A program made the position numbers and the translations under genes. A DNA stretch of 25,358 nt from Planctomycetota bacterium (GTDB lineage Bacteria; Planctomycetota; GCA-002687715; DRQF01). The DNA lies in the NCBI GenBank assembly GCA_036479435.1, contig JAZGFI010000201.1:1-25358 (forward strand), written 5' to 3'. Below the pieces are notes generated by a model. It did no database searches and was not told the origin of the DNA. It saw nothing but the letters and a program-made list of their open reading frames with translations. This document shows positions 8,648 to 17,319 of this stretch, in pieces (position 1 is the stretch's first letter; the number at the start of each line of letters is the position of its first letter).

Positions 8648-9208
8648 ATGAATTCTCAACCGACGCGGGCCTGGATCAAGACCATCTCCTTCGAAGACGC
8701 CTCCGATGGCCTCAAGACACAGTACCGCAGAGTCTTAGATCCGCAGAGTGGGCGGCTGGATGCCATCATGGAAGTCCACTCGCTGCACCCGGCGGGCCTC
8801 AAGGCGCACTTTGGGCTCTACGCGGCGGTCATGAGGGGAAACGTGGCTTTATCGGCGGCGGACCGCGAGATGATCGCCCTGGTCGTGAGCAAGCTCAACG
8901 ATTGCCACTACTGAGTGGCCCATCACCGGCGCGGTCTGCGCCGCCTCCTTCGCGACGAAACCTTGGCAAGTGCCATCGAGGTCGACTGGCGCAAATCGAC
9001 GCTCGATGCGAAACGGCTTGCGCTGCTGACCTACGTTGAGGCACTCACTCTGCGGCCAGCCGCAATGAGGCGGTCCCATGTCCAAGCGCTTCGGGACGCG
9101 GGCTTTGAAGACGATGGAATCTTGGCTGTGGCTGAGGTCACGGCCTACTACGCCTACGTCAATCGCATCGCGGATGGGCTAGGGGTCGAGTTCGAAGACC
9201 CGGAATAA
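8648..9208 (+). CDS. AhpD-like / CMD-family peroxidase-related enzyme, probable selenoprotein (CxxU, U89)
   Basis: ORFs 8624-8914 and 8915-9208 are in the same frame, separated by one TGA (8912-8914). Joined: REMIALVVSKLNDCHY-U-VAHH...LTLRP...AYYAYVNRIADGLGV, the AhpD-like E-x6-S-x2-N-x-CxYC-x2-HH pattern with the second Cys as TGA. 186 aa. Confidence 0.88.
8915..8943 (+). promoter_or_regulatory. Putative bacterial SECIS element
   Basis: Hairpin CGGCGC (8927-32) / GGTCT loop / GCGCCG (8938-43). Loop starts 18 nt after the TGA and begins with G. Confidence 0.75.
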
Positions 9209-9225
9209 CGAATCCAAAAACCTAG

Positions 9226-9271
9226 AAAAAACCGCGACCCTGAGTGATCCTCGAGGTCGCGGTCTTTTTTT
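9226..9271. terminator. Bidirectional intrinsic terminator
   Basis: ACCGCGACC (9231-39) / GGTCGCGGT (9255-63) stem flanked by A and T runs, between convergent genes. Confidence 0.8.
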
Positions 9272-9307
9272 GTCTGCTGGTGAGGCTTAGGCCAAGCTGC
9301 TCAAGCC

Positions 9308-9511
9308 TTAGGCGAGGCTACGCATCTTCTCGGCGCGGCGGATCGTCTTCATCCGCTCTTTGGCTTCGCGACGGCGACGCTCGCTCGGCTTTTCGTAGAA
9401 ACGCTTGGCCCCACGTCCGAGCACAACACCTTCACGGTTACAGAGGCGCTTCAAACGGCGAAGCGCTTTTTCTACGGGTTCATCACCTCTGAGTTCGACT
9501 CGAATCGCCAA
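9308..9511 (-). CDS. rpsU: 30S ribosomal protein bS21
   Basis: MAIRVELRGDEPVEKALRRLKRLCNREGV...RFYEKPSERRRR matches the S21 pattern. TTG start at 9511 with AGGAG RBS. 67 aa. Confidence 0.9.
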   Translation of the reverse strand: MAIRVELRGDEPVEKALRRLKRLCNREGVVLGRGAKRFYEKPSERRRREAKERMKTIRRAEKMRSLA

Positions 9512-9803
9512 AGCAGGTCTCCTCGTGTCGCCGTAGCCTTCCCGGCCTGGCGGGGACGCCTCGGCGCCCTGTGTCATAACTGATTCAAAATTAGCGACTT
9601 AGCGCCTTTTCCTCGACTCCAATCCAGCCCTTGGAGCTGAAGTCGGGATCTTGGGAGAGGAGGTTAGCACGGCGACAAGCGGGCGAACAAGGCCTCTGGG
9701 CTCCCCCATGCTGGCTCTATCTCACCGCACTGCAAGAGTTTGGAATGTGGCTCGCATAGGATGCCGTCCTGGCTGCCATTCACCCCGTCCCTGGAGACTC
9801 ACG

Positions 9804-10199
9804 ATGATCCTTCGTTCCCTCGCTCTTTTGGCCCTCGCCGGCTCAGCTCTGAGCCTTTTTGCCTGCAGTGAAGCTGTGGTGAGCGACAAAAAGGCGCCGG
9901 CCGCAACTTCCAAGCAATCTTTGCCCTTGGTTCAGTACTACCAGATCTCTGAAAACTGAATGCTCTGTGGCCGTATCGCAACCGCCGTGAGCGAGTTGCA
10001 AGACGAATACCGAGGCAAGATCATCCTGAGAGTCGTCCAGGTAAACGATTCGAATCGCGACCTCATGAAAGAACACATGGACCCCGAAAGCCACGGCATG
10101 CTGGCCTTCGACCCCGATGGCAAGATCGTGGATAAGATCATCGGCCACAAGTTCGGCAAAAAGGAAATCGTGGCTCTGCTCACAAGACTGTCAAATTAG
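9804..10199 (+). CDS. Thioredoxin-fold lipoprotein, probable selenoprotein (UxxC, U52)
   Basis: ATG 9804 with GGAG RBS and lipoprotein signal ending LFAC (C21). In-frame TGA at 9957-9959 gives LVQYYQISEN-U-MLC-GRIATAVSELQDEYRGKIILRVV...MLAFDPDGKIV, a thioredoxin-like beta-UxxC-alpha-beta pattern. 131 aa. Confidence 0.82.
9978..9999 (+). promoter_or_regulatory. Putative bacterial SECIS element
   Basis: GCAAC-CGC / CGTGA loop / GCG-A-GTTGC hairpin. Loop is 26 nt after the TGA, with G at position 2 followed by U. Confidence 0.55.
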
Positions 10200-10248
10200 A
10201 CTGCAATCGCGCTGGCTTTTCCTGCATGAAAACCCAAGCGGCTGGTCG

Positions 10249-10304
10249 AAAAGAGACGATGGACGGGTCCCCCTGTGGATTCCCTTCCGTCGTCTTTTTG
10301 TTTT
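10249..10304 (+). terminator. Terminator-like hairpin
   Basis: AAGAGACGATGGA (10251-63) pairs with TCCGTCGTCTTTT (10286-98) using G-U pairs, followed by a T-rich tract. Confidence 0.6.
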
Positions 10305-10319
10305 GGGGATGAGAATCAA

Positions 10320-12383
10320 ATGTTCGCCTACCGCTCGATCACATGCCTTACTTTGTTGCTCTTGGTGCTGGTAAGGACAGAGCTGGTCGCGCAGGCCGAT
10401 ATTCTCGGCCCCTCGCAGAACCTGGCGTTCCCGTCATCCAACAATCTGGTCGGCGGCGATGACGCCTTGGCGATTGCGCCGGACGGCAGTTGGATGATCG
10501 CCATCGCGACGAACAGCAGCAACGCGGACGTCATCATCACCGAGTTCGATGCTTGCGGCGTCGCCGGCGTGCCTCAGCCTTTGCTCTTTCCCTCCAACGT
10601 CAACGTGTCGAGCGGCAACCTCGGCGCGACTATGGCGGAAGACAGTTCTTTTGCCGCGCTGATCGGAAACGGCGGCCTCGGTGATCTCGTCATCGTCCGC
10701 CCCAACTTCCTTGGTGTTTTCGAAGCAATCTTAGTCGACTACCCGGGTGGATCTGTGCCTTCGTTGAACACGCGCGCCGTCATCCCCCCTCACTCAGAAT
10801 ACGTCTGCACGATCGGAAACGGCGGCAGCAATGATCTTGTCATCACGCCGACGCCGCGCGACATGAACGGAGTCAGAACGCCCGGCGCTCCCATCGGACT
10901 GTCGTTTCCGGCCAGCAACGGCGTCGCGGCCTTCAATGGCGTTCGCCCGGCGCTGACTTTTGATGGCCGTTCGATCGCCGTGCCCGGTTCGATCACCGCC
11001 GGAGACCTCGTTGTCACTTCAGTGCCGCCCACGCTCGCGCCTGCGAGTTTTGTCAGCACCAACGTCCCCTATCCCTCTAACGGGTTCATCCCCAGCCCGG
11101 GAGCCCCGGTGCTCGCCTCGCCCGACGGCAGTTACTTTGCGACTTATGGCACCCAAACCGCTGGCGACATCGTCATCACGCCTTTGGACTTCGACGGCTG
11201 CCCCTTCGCGGCCGAGGCACGCCTTTTTCCGAACAACAATAACGTCTTCGACACCAGTACGGCCATTGCGGTGACCTGCGATGGCCGCCTGCTCGCGACG
11301 CGCGGAACTCAAACCACCGGCGACATCGTCGTATTGCCGATCGCCCTGAACGGAGTCCCCGGCAATGCCGTCAACGTTGCCTACCCCTCAAACAACTTTA
11401 TCCCGGCCGATGCCCCCCTCGTGGTCGCAGCGCCCCGTGGCACTTACTTTGCAACCGCAGGCTCAGGCTCCGTCGGAGATGTTGTCGTCACCGAAGTTGA
11501 CTACGACTTCTTTACGAACTCCGTTACTGCGACCGCAAGAAACGCCTTGTTTCCGGGGAACATCAACCGACGCGCCAACGCGCGCTTCGTGGTCGCCCCC
11601 GACAGCAGCGCACTCGTGACCTACGGCGCTTCAAGCAACACCGCCGACCTCGTCGTCATCCCGGTCGACGATAGCGGGGTCGTCGCATCGCCGTTTTCAT
11701 TGTTCTTTCAAAACAACGTCAACGTCGCGGCCAGTTCGAACGCGCCGTCCTTTGATCCCGGGTCCGACTGGGTGGTTTGCCCCACCAGCACCATCTCGAG
11801 TGATCTGGCCTTGGTGTCTTTTGCTCGCGACTTCAGCGGCTTCGTTGGCATTCGCGACGTGGAGCTGACGCAGTTTGCCGCTTCGAACCACGTCGCCGCT
11901 CTCGACAATGCGATAGCCATCGCTGGCTCGGGACAACTCATCGTGGCCCGCGGAAGCAACTCCAATATCGGCGACCTCGTGTCGACGCCTCTCGACGACG
12001 CCCGTTGCTTTGCCCTGGCCACACCCCGCGACGGCAACATCCTCCCCTTGCGATTTCGATCGCCTTTGGACGCCGGGCTCGACTACCTTGCCGCCCTTTC
12101 CTTCGGCCGATTCGCGGGCGTCGGGCTCAATGGCAACCTCGATCACATTCTTGAACTCGTGATTGACGAGTTGCTTTTGGCATCACTCGACCCAATGGCC
12201 CCAGGGCTGTTGGGTTTTCGGGGAACTCTCGATGGCGATGGAAACGGCCAAGGCTTCATCTTTTTCCCACCCGCGCCCTTTTTGAGGGGGCTGACGATCT
12301 ACACCAGTTTCATCACGCTTGACCCCTTGGACGCCGACGGCATCTCGAGAGTCGCTCGCACCCGCTCGCTAACCCTGAAGTAG
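10320..12383 (+). CDS. Secreted repeat protein (ten ~50-aa repeats, beta-propeller-like) with a separate C-terminal domain
   Basis: Signal peptide after ATG 10320. Repeats of the form [FY]PxxN...xPDGS...G...GD[LIV]V[IV]xP. Confidence 0.8.
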   Translation: MFAYRSITCLTLLLLVLVRTELVAQADILGPSQNLAFPSSNNLVGGDDALAIAPDGSWMIAIATNSSNADVIITEFDACGVAGVPQPLLFPSNVNVSSGNLGATMAEDSSFAALIGNGGLGDLVIVRPNFLGVFEAILVDYPGGSVPSLNTRAVIPPHSEYVCTIGNGGSNDLVITPTPRDMNGVRTPGAPIGLSFPASNGVAAFNGVRPALTFDGRSIAVPGSITAGDLVVTSVPPTLAPASFVSTNVPYPSNGFIPSPGAPVLASPDGSYFATYGTQTAGDIVITPLDFDGCPFAAEARLFPNNNNVFDTSTAIAVTCDGRLLATRGTQTTGDIVVLPIALNGVPGNAVNVAYPSNNFIPADAPLVVAAPRGTYFATAGSGSVGDVVVTEVDYDFFTNSVTATARNALFPGNINRRANARFVVAPDSSALVTYGASSNTADLVVIPVDDSGVVASPFSLFFQNNVNVAASSNAPSFDPGSDWVVCPTSTISSDLALVSFARDFSGFVGIRDVELTQFAASNHVAALDNAIAIAGSGQLIVARGSNSNIGDLVSTPLDDARCFALATPRDGNILPLRFRSPLDAGLDYLAALSFGRFAGVGLNGNLDHILELVIDELLLASLDPMAPGLLGFRGTLDGDGNGQGFIFFPPAPFLRGLTIYTSFITLDPLDADGISRVARTRSLTLK

Positions 12384-12443
12384 CCCGCGTCGCTCAGGAC
12401 CGTTATGATCTTTAGGTCACCGCGGTTGTGCAGATGAGACGAG

Positions 12444-14582
12444 ATGAAACGAGCACCTTGGCTGATGGTCATCGGACTTGCACTGCTGCTGTTGTTTGCG
12501 GTCGGTTACTTTTTCACCGTTCTCAATGGCGATGACGACAGCGAGACCTGGAACGAAAAGGGCGAAGAAATCGGCGAAACCGCCACGGACGAATCCACCA
12601 TCTCTCGCCGCCGTGAGTTCAAAAGCCGGCCTATTCCAATCGCCAACTCCGCGGAGGCTTCCGGCGACCTTCAGTCAGGACGGTGGGTGGCAAAGTTCGG
12701 GGCCGCGGTTGAGCGCGGTCGCGCCCGCCTGACCTTGAAGATCCAAGACGCCAAAGGACAACCGCTCGTTCCGAGGTTTGCCGCGAACGCTCAGCTACGG
12801 CTCTCCGCGCAGCAGGGGTCCTATTGGTTAGATAGGCCCCTCGTCTACGACTGGGAGAACAGTGAGATTTTATGTCCACCGGCCCATCACCCGGGCCTCG
12901 AGGCCGGACACTATCGACTCGAAGCCTCCTTCGGCCCCTACGGCGACCTCGACTTCGAGTTTAGTTTGAGTCGAAACGAAGAACGAAGTCAGACCCTGAA
13001 GACCAGAGGCTTTTCGAGCGAGGTCGTCTTGAGTTTCAGAGACGGCGATGGCCGCGCCATCCCCTACACTTCTTTTCTGCCACAGTTCATCCCTCGTTCG
13101 CCAATAAAGCTGCCAGCACTACTGCCAGCCTTGCCAAGCGTTTTTTCGGCGCGACCAAGACCGAAGCCGCGGCGGCGCGACATCGACCCGGGCCCCGGCC
13201 CTCTCCAGCCCGCGGCGCTGGCTCTCCAGACAGCGGTCGCCACCGATGACGGCAAGATCCATCTTCCCATTATCGCCGGCCAGTACGGCCAAGTGCGAGT
13301 ACCCTTCGACGAAGATCCGCTCTTTGATACGCCAAGCTTCGAGCGCCGAGACAACTTCCTTTCGTCAAGCCAAAGGTCCATCGACATTCATGTCGAAACG
13401 GCCGCGGACTACAGTCGACTCGTACGAGAGCTGATGGTCTCCAGCCGCATCCAGCCGGGTTCGCCCCGAAGAACTCCCGCGGATTTCTTGCGGCTTCCCA
13501 AAATCCAAGGGTCCAAGCCTCGCGAGAGGGCTATCCCGTCGCGGCAGCCGAAGAACTCCGTCTTGTTGAGGATCAAAGACCTCAAGAGTGATTCGGTCAA
13601 GCCTTGGATTGCCCATCAAAATACGAGCCGCGTCAGTGCGCCGGCCTTTTTTGCCCACCCGACTGGCTCTTGGTGTCTTTTGAAGTTGAAAACACCCTAT
13701 CTCCTCGGCGCCCACGATGGGATGGGCTTTTTCACGCGGCCAACATCTTTTGTGTCCGGTGGTGGGAGTGATGAGGAACTCGGAGCAGAAATTGAAATTA
13801 ACCGTCAAGGGTTTTCGCTGGCCTTAAGCGTGCCCCGCACCCTGGCCGCCTGGGCGCAACACGCCGCTTTGCTGTGGCATTTTCCCAGCGGAGCCTTTGC
13901 GACTAGCCTGAGGAATCAAAAAGCCTGGCGTGGCGCCCTACGATTTGGCCAGGTCTTTCGTTTCGAAACCGCAGTCGACGCAGCTTGGCCGGCAAGTTGG
14001 CCCGACTCCACGCGCGTTGAATTCAGGTTCTCGGCCTCGGCAGGGGGCCAGAGTCGCTATGACCCCAACGGCGACGCCGCGGTCCTTGCCGAATCCGACG
14101 TCCACTTTCTCCATCAGTTCGAGGTCGCGGCCTTAAAGTCTGCGGGCACCACCCAAACGGCGCTCAACTGGAAGAGTTTGGGTCCCGAAACCTCCGCCGC
14201 CACCGCCACCGGATTTTTGGCGCGCTGCGTGGGCGACTCCGACGAAGGATTGCCCTGGGTCGAAGCCTGCCTCGTCACTGCCAAGCAGGACTTAGCCGCG
14301 ATAGGGGGCGGGCCCCTGAAACGAAAGGATGACCGCCCTGACGGTCGGCTTCAGGATGGGCCGCACGATTCTTGGCACAATCCCCAAAGCCACCACTTCG
14401 GCGACGACGAGGGCTACCTTGTCGTCCCTGCAGACCGCGCCAATGCCATGACCGCTGGTAAAGACTACGTCCTTTATTTGTGGTCGCGCAGCCGAGATGC
14501 CAATCGGCCCGATCGACGCATCGTCTTTCGGGCGCAGAAAGGCTGGACCGACCTCGGCGTCATTAGACTAGCGAGCTACTGA
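12444..14582 (+). CDS. Hypothetical protein with N-terminal membrane anchor
   Basis: 712-aa ORF with one N-terminal hydrophobic helix. No family recognised. Confidence 0.7.
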   Translation: MKRAPWLMVIGLALLLLFAVGYFFTVLNGDDDSETWNEKGEEIGETATDESTISRRREFKSRPIPIANSAEASGDLQSGRWVAKFGAAVERGRARLTLKIQDAKGQPLVPRFAANAQLRLSAQQGSYWLDRPLVYDWENSEILCPPAHHPGLEAGHYRLEASFGPYGDLDFEFSLSRNEERSQTLKTRGFSSEVVLSFRDGDGRAIPYTSFLPQFIPRSPIKLPALLPALPSVFSARPRPKPRRRDIDPGPGPLQPAALALQTAVATDDGKIHLPIIAGQYGQVRVPFDEDPLFDTPSFERRDNFLSSSQRSIDIHVETAADYSRLVRELMVSSRIQPGSPRRTPADFLRLPKIQGSKPRERAIPSRQPKNSVLLRIKDLKSDSVKPWIAHQNTSRVSAPAFFAHPTGSWCLLKLKTPYLLGAHDGMGFFTRPTSFVSGGGSDEELGAEIEINRQGFSLALSVPRTLAAWAQHAALLWHFPSGAFATSLRNQKAWRGALRFGQVFRFETAVDAAWPASWPDSTRVEFRFSASAGGQSRYDPNGDAAVLAESDVHFLHQFEVAALKSAGTTQTALNWKSLGPETSAATATGFLARCVGDSDEGLPWVEACLVTAKQDLAAIGGGPLKRKDDRPDGRLQDGPHDSWHNPQSHHFGDDEGYLVVPADRANAMTAGKDYVLYLWSRSRDANRPDRRIVFRAQKGWTDLGVIRLASY

Positions 14583-14590
14583 TCTAGAAA

Positions 14591-15331
14591 ATGAAAGAAC
14601 GCATGATCTCAAAAACTAGACTTATCACGGCGATCCTTGCGATGTTGTTGGCGACGGCCACCGCCTGCCAAAACGTCTCCAATTTCGATGCCATGGGGCA
14701 GCGCCCCGCGGGCTTGCCGAGTGACATCAACGACAAGTTCACCAGCCAAAGCTTGGTTACTGAGGACTATGTAGATCGATGGGAAGTTGAGTCCCGCGAG
14801 ATTTACCTGCAGCGTCACCTCATTGCGTCGACTCTCGACCTGCGCGAGGGCATGAGCATTGCCGACATCGGCGCCGGCACCGGTCTGTTTGAGGGTCTGT
14901 TCTCGGCCTCAGTGGGTGCGAGTGGTCAGGTGCATGCCGTCGATATCTCCACGGTTTTTCTGGACGACCTCGACCGGCGCATCAAAGCCGAGGGTTGGTC
15001 CAACGTCGAGACGAACTTGTCCGATGGCATCTTGGTACCCCGAGAACTTCAGGGAATCGACCGAGCCTTTATTTGCGACACTTACCATCACTTCGAACAT
15101 CCCCACGCGACGATGTCGAGCCTCTTTCGGGCCATGAACCCGGGAGGCATTTTGGTGCTGGTCGACTTCGAGCGCATTCCCGGTCGTACGAAGGAGTGGA
15201 TCTTGGAGCACGTCCGCGCCGGAAAAAGCACCTTTCGAGCAGAAGTCGAAGCGGCGGGTTTTCACTTCTTCGAGGAACCCGTGTTGCCCGGAATGAAGGA
15301 AAACTACCTGCTGCGTTTTCTGAGGCCATGA
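14591..15331 (+). CDS. Class I SAM-dependent methyltransferase with lipoprotein-like signal
   Basis: IADIGAGTG motif I, VHAVDIS, DTYHHF and PGGILVLVDF. N-terminal hydrophobic stretch ending ATAC. Start could be 14603. Confidence 0.88.
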   Translation: MKERMISKTRLITAILAMLLATATACQNVSNFDAMGQRPAGLPSDINDKFTSQSLVTEDYVDRWEVESREIYLQRHLIASTLDLREGMSIADIGAGTGLFEGLFSASVGASGQVHAVDISTVFLDDLDRRIKAEGWSNVETNLSDGILVPRELQGIDRAFICDTYHHFEHPHATMSSLFRAMNPGGILVLVDFERIPGRTKEWILEHVRAGKSTFRAEVEAAGFHFFEEPVLPGMKENYLLRFLRP

Positions 15332-15409
15332 ACTAGGGCGACGCCAAGCGCGTCGATGATGCACAGCAACAGTTCGCAGTGAAGGCGCCTCATCACAGGA
15401 GTTCAAACA

Positions 15410-15910
15410 TTGGCCGCCATTGCCCAGAAACTTCAGCACTCCTTAACCTGGATGTTCGCCCTGTGGGCGCTCACGTTTGGAGCCTATGGGGCCTTTAAGT
15501 ACGGCCGCGACTACGCCAGCACCAACGTTGAGCGGGCACGTTCATTCTTGAGCGACGACGCCGAAACTCGATTCATTAAGGAAACCGGACGCCATTTCGA
15601 CTTGATCAAGGCCATTCGACACCAAGTTCCCTCCGGTGAGGAGATCATCTTTCACGGATCGGTCGACCCCAACGACCGTTTGCCGCAGAGCCGTATTCGA
15701 CAGCTCGGCAACATCATCTTCCCTCGCACGCTGGTTCAAGTCGCCTTCCCCGCTTTCGATTTTCCCCGCAGCAAAAGCGAGTGGAAGATGTGGGGCACCG
15801 GCCATCGTTTCTTGTTGCAGCGCAATCGCAGCATCGACATGAGCAGAGATTTTGAACTGCTGCTCGATGTCGGCTGGATTCGTCTTTTTCGCATGCGGGA
15901 GACGCCATGA
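15410..15910 (+). CDS. Hypothetical membrane-anchored protein
   Basis: TTG start with AGGAG RBS. ATGA overlap with the next gene. Confidence 0.7.
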   Translation: MAAIAQKLQHSLTWMFALWALTFGAYGAFKYGRDYASTNVERARSFLSDDAETRFIKETGRHFDLIKAIRHQVPSGEEIIFHGSVDPNDRLPQSRIRQLGNIIFPRTLVQVAFPAFDFPRSKSEWKMWGTGHRFLLQRNRSIDMSRDFELLLDVGWIRLFRMRETP

Positions 15911-17319
15911 GTGCCATGGGGTTTGGCGCCCTGGCTTGGACACTGGGAACACCCTGGTTGCTGGGCGCGAGTATTCTGGCCGCGCTGGGAATTCGATGGC
16001 GCGAAGATCGCACGGGTTTCGTAGCCTGGGCCTGGTTGGCGGGCGCTTTGGCTAGCGGTCTCGTTTGCATGGCGAGCTTGGCCCTCGGATTGCCTTTCAG
16101 CCTGCTACGAGTTTTGCCCTTGGCGGCCTTAGTGCCTTTTTCATTGGTCGCCTGGCGCCGGGCTCCGAGCCCTGGGTTTCATCGAGATGAAGGACCATCA
16201 AAAGTCTTTTGTCTACTCGCTGCCCTGGTCATGATCGCGGCAACTGTTCATGTGCTCGCGGCCAACGCCTCACCCGTCACCACCAACGACGAGGGCGACT
16301 TTTGGTCACTCCGCGCCAAGATCATGTATGTCTGCGGCGACTTCGGAGACGACTGGAGGTGGCACACCGCACCTGAGCGTTCTCCGATAGACCTCGCGCA
16401 TGACTATCCCGAGTTAAATCCCCTGCTCCAGTTTTGGGTCTATGTTAACGCTGGCGAGATCGTCCATTTCGAAAACCGGCTGCCCATCCAGTTCTTCGCG
16501 CTCGCTACTTTGTTGATGATGATGTCGCTCCTAGGCTGCCGCGTTAGGCCTTGGCTCGCAATTTCATTGGTCGTCATCTACGCGACGAGCGATCATTTCC
16601 TACGGATGTCGGCGCTGGCCTACGGCGATCTCATGGTCGCGGCGGGTGCGACACTCGCGCTACAAGGCTGGCTGCGGTATCGCGAATCTGGAGCCACCAA
16701 GTTCGCGGCCTTGGGCGCCTTGGGCCTGAGCATCGCCACCTGGTCGAAAAACGAGGGGCTCCTCCTTCTCCTAACTTCCGTCGCCGTCCTGTTGTTTGTG
16801 GCCCTCAAAGTTGAGGGCTCCGTTGCCGAGCGCTTAAAACGACACCGTCGCCCCGCAGCTTGGCTGCTGTTACCCTTGGGGTTCGCGGCGTTGGCGCGAG
16901 GATTCAATCTTTGGTTTGGATTCAAAAATGAACTTTTGAATCCAGCCTCAGACAAAAGCTCACCACTCGGACGGGCCTTGAGTCATCTCCCGGAACACAG
17001 CGGAACTTATTTGGAGTGGTTTTTCCGCGAGCTACTGGGAAAGCCCGCCGTCGGTCATGCCATCATATTGGTTTTCGCCGTTCTTTTGCTGCTCGCGCCG
17101 AAGCGCTTTGTCTCCGGGGCGCGAGCGGTACCGATTCTCGTGATCTTGTTGTTCTTCGCTGGGGTAAGTGCGGTGTTCTTCTCCGGGACACGCGAGTTCG
17201 CCTGGTACCTACAAACTTCTGGTCGGCGCGTTTTCTTTCAGATGGCACCCGCGATCATCGTCTTGGCGGCGAGCTTCGTCGCAGAACTAAACACAAAGAT
17301 AGCTAGGATCGAACCCTGA
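15907..17319 (+). CDS. Polytopic membrane protein, likely GT-C fold glycosyltransferase
   Basis: Many TM helices. First loop NDEGDFWSLRAK...HDYP, plus YGD and WSKNEG motifs typical of GT-C-like proteins. Confidence 0.7.
   Translation: MSAMGFGALAWTLGTPWLLGASILAALGIRWREDRTGFVAWAWLAGALASGLVCMASLALGLPFSLLRVLPLAALVPFSLVAWRRAPSPGFHRDEGPSKVFCLLAALVMIAATVHVLAANASPVTTNDEGDFWSLRAKIMYVCGDFGDDWRWHTAPERSPIDLAHDYPELNPLLQFWVYVNAGEIVHFENRLPIQFFALATLLMMMSLLGCRVRPWLAISLVVIYATSDHFLRMSALAYGDLMVAAGATLALQGWLRYRESGATKFAALGALGLSIATWSKNEGLLLLLTSVAVLLFVALKVEGSVAERLKRHRRPAAWLLLPLGFAALARGFNLWFGFKNELLNPASDKSSPLGRALSHLPEHSGTYLEWFFRELLGKPAVGHAIILVFAVLLLLAPKRFVSGARAVPILVILLFFAGVSAVFFSGTREFAWYLQTSGRRVFFQMAPAIIVLAASFVAELNTKIARIEP

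Noticed and set aside
8540..8659. Extended N-termini given by the ORF track (also 6862-6969, 9512-9577, 9651-9803, 10275-10319)
   Set aside because: Downstream starts have better RBSs, restore signal peptides or family N-termini, and avoid overlaps.
9577..9601. Imperfect palindrome TAACT-n15-ACTTA as a recombinase or operator site
   Set aside because: Only 4 of 5 arm bases match. It is explained adequately as AT-rich divergent promoter DNA.
9512..9803. tRNA-Sec or other ncRNA between rpsU and the Trx-like gene
   Set aside because: There is a hairpin near 9612-9647, but no cloverleaf, TCA anticodon arm or T-loop was found.
8912..9959. Genome-wide TGA reassignment (code 4 or 25), or two pseudogenes
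   Set aside because: TGA ends several intact genes here. Both internal TGAs sit at redox Cys positions with downstream hairpins and intact flanking sequence.
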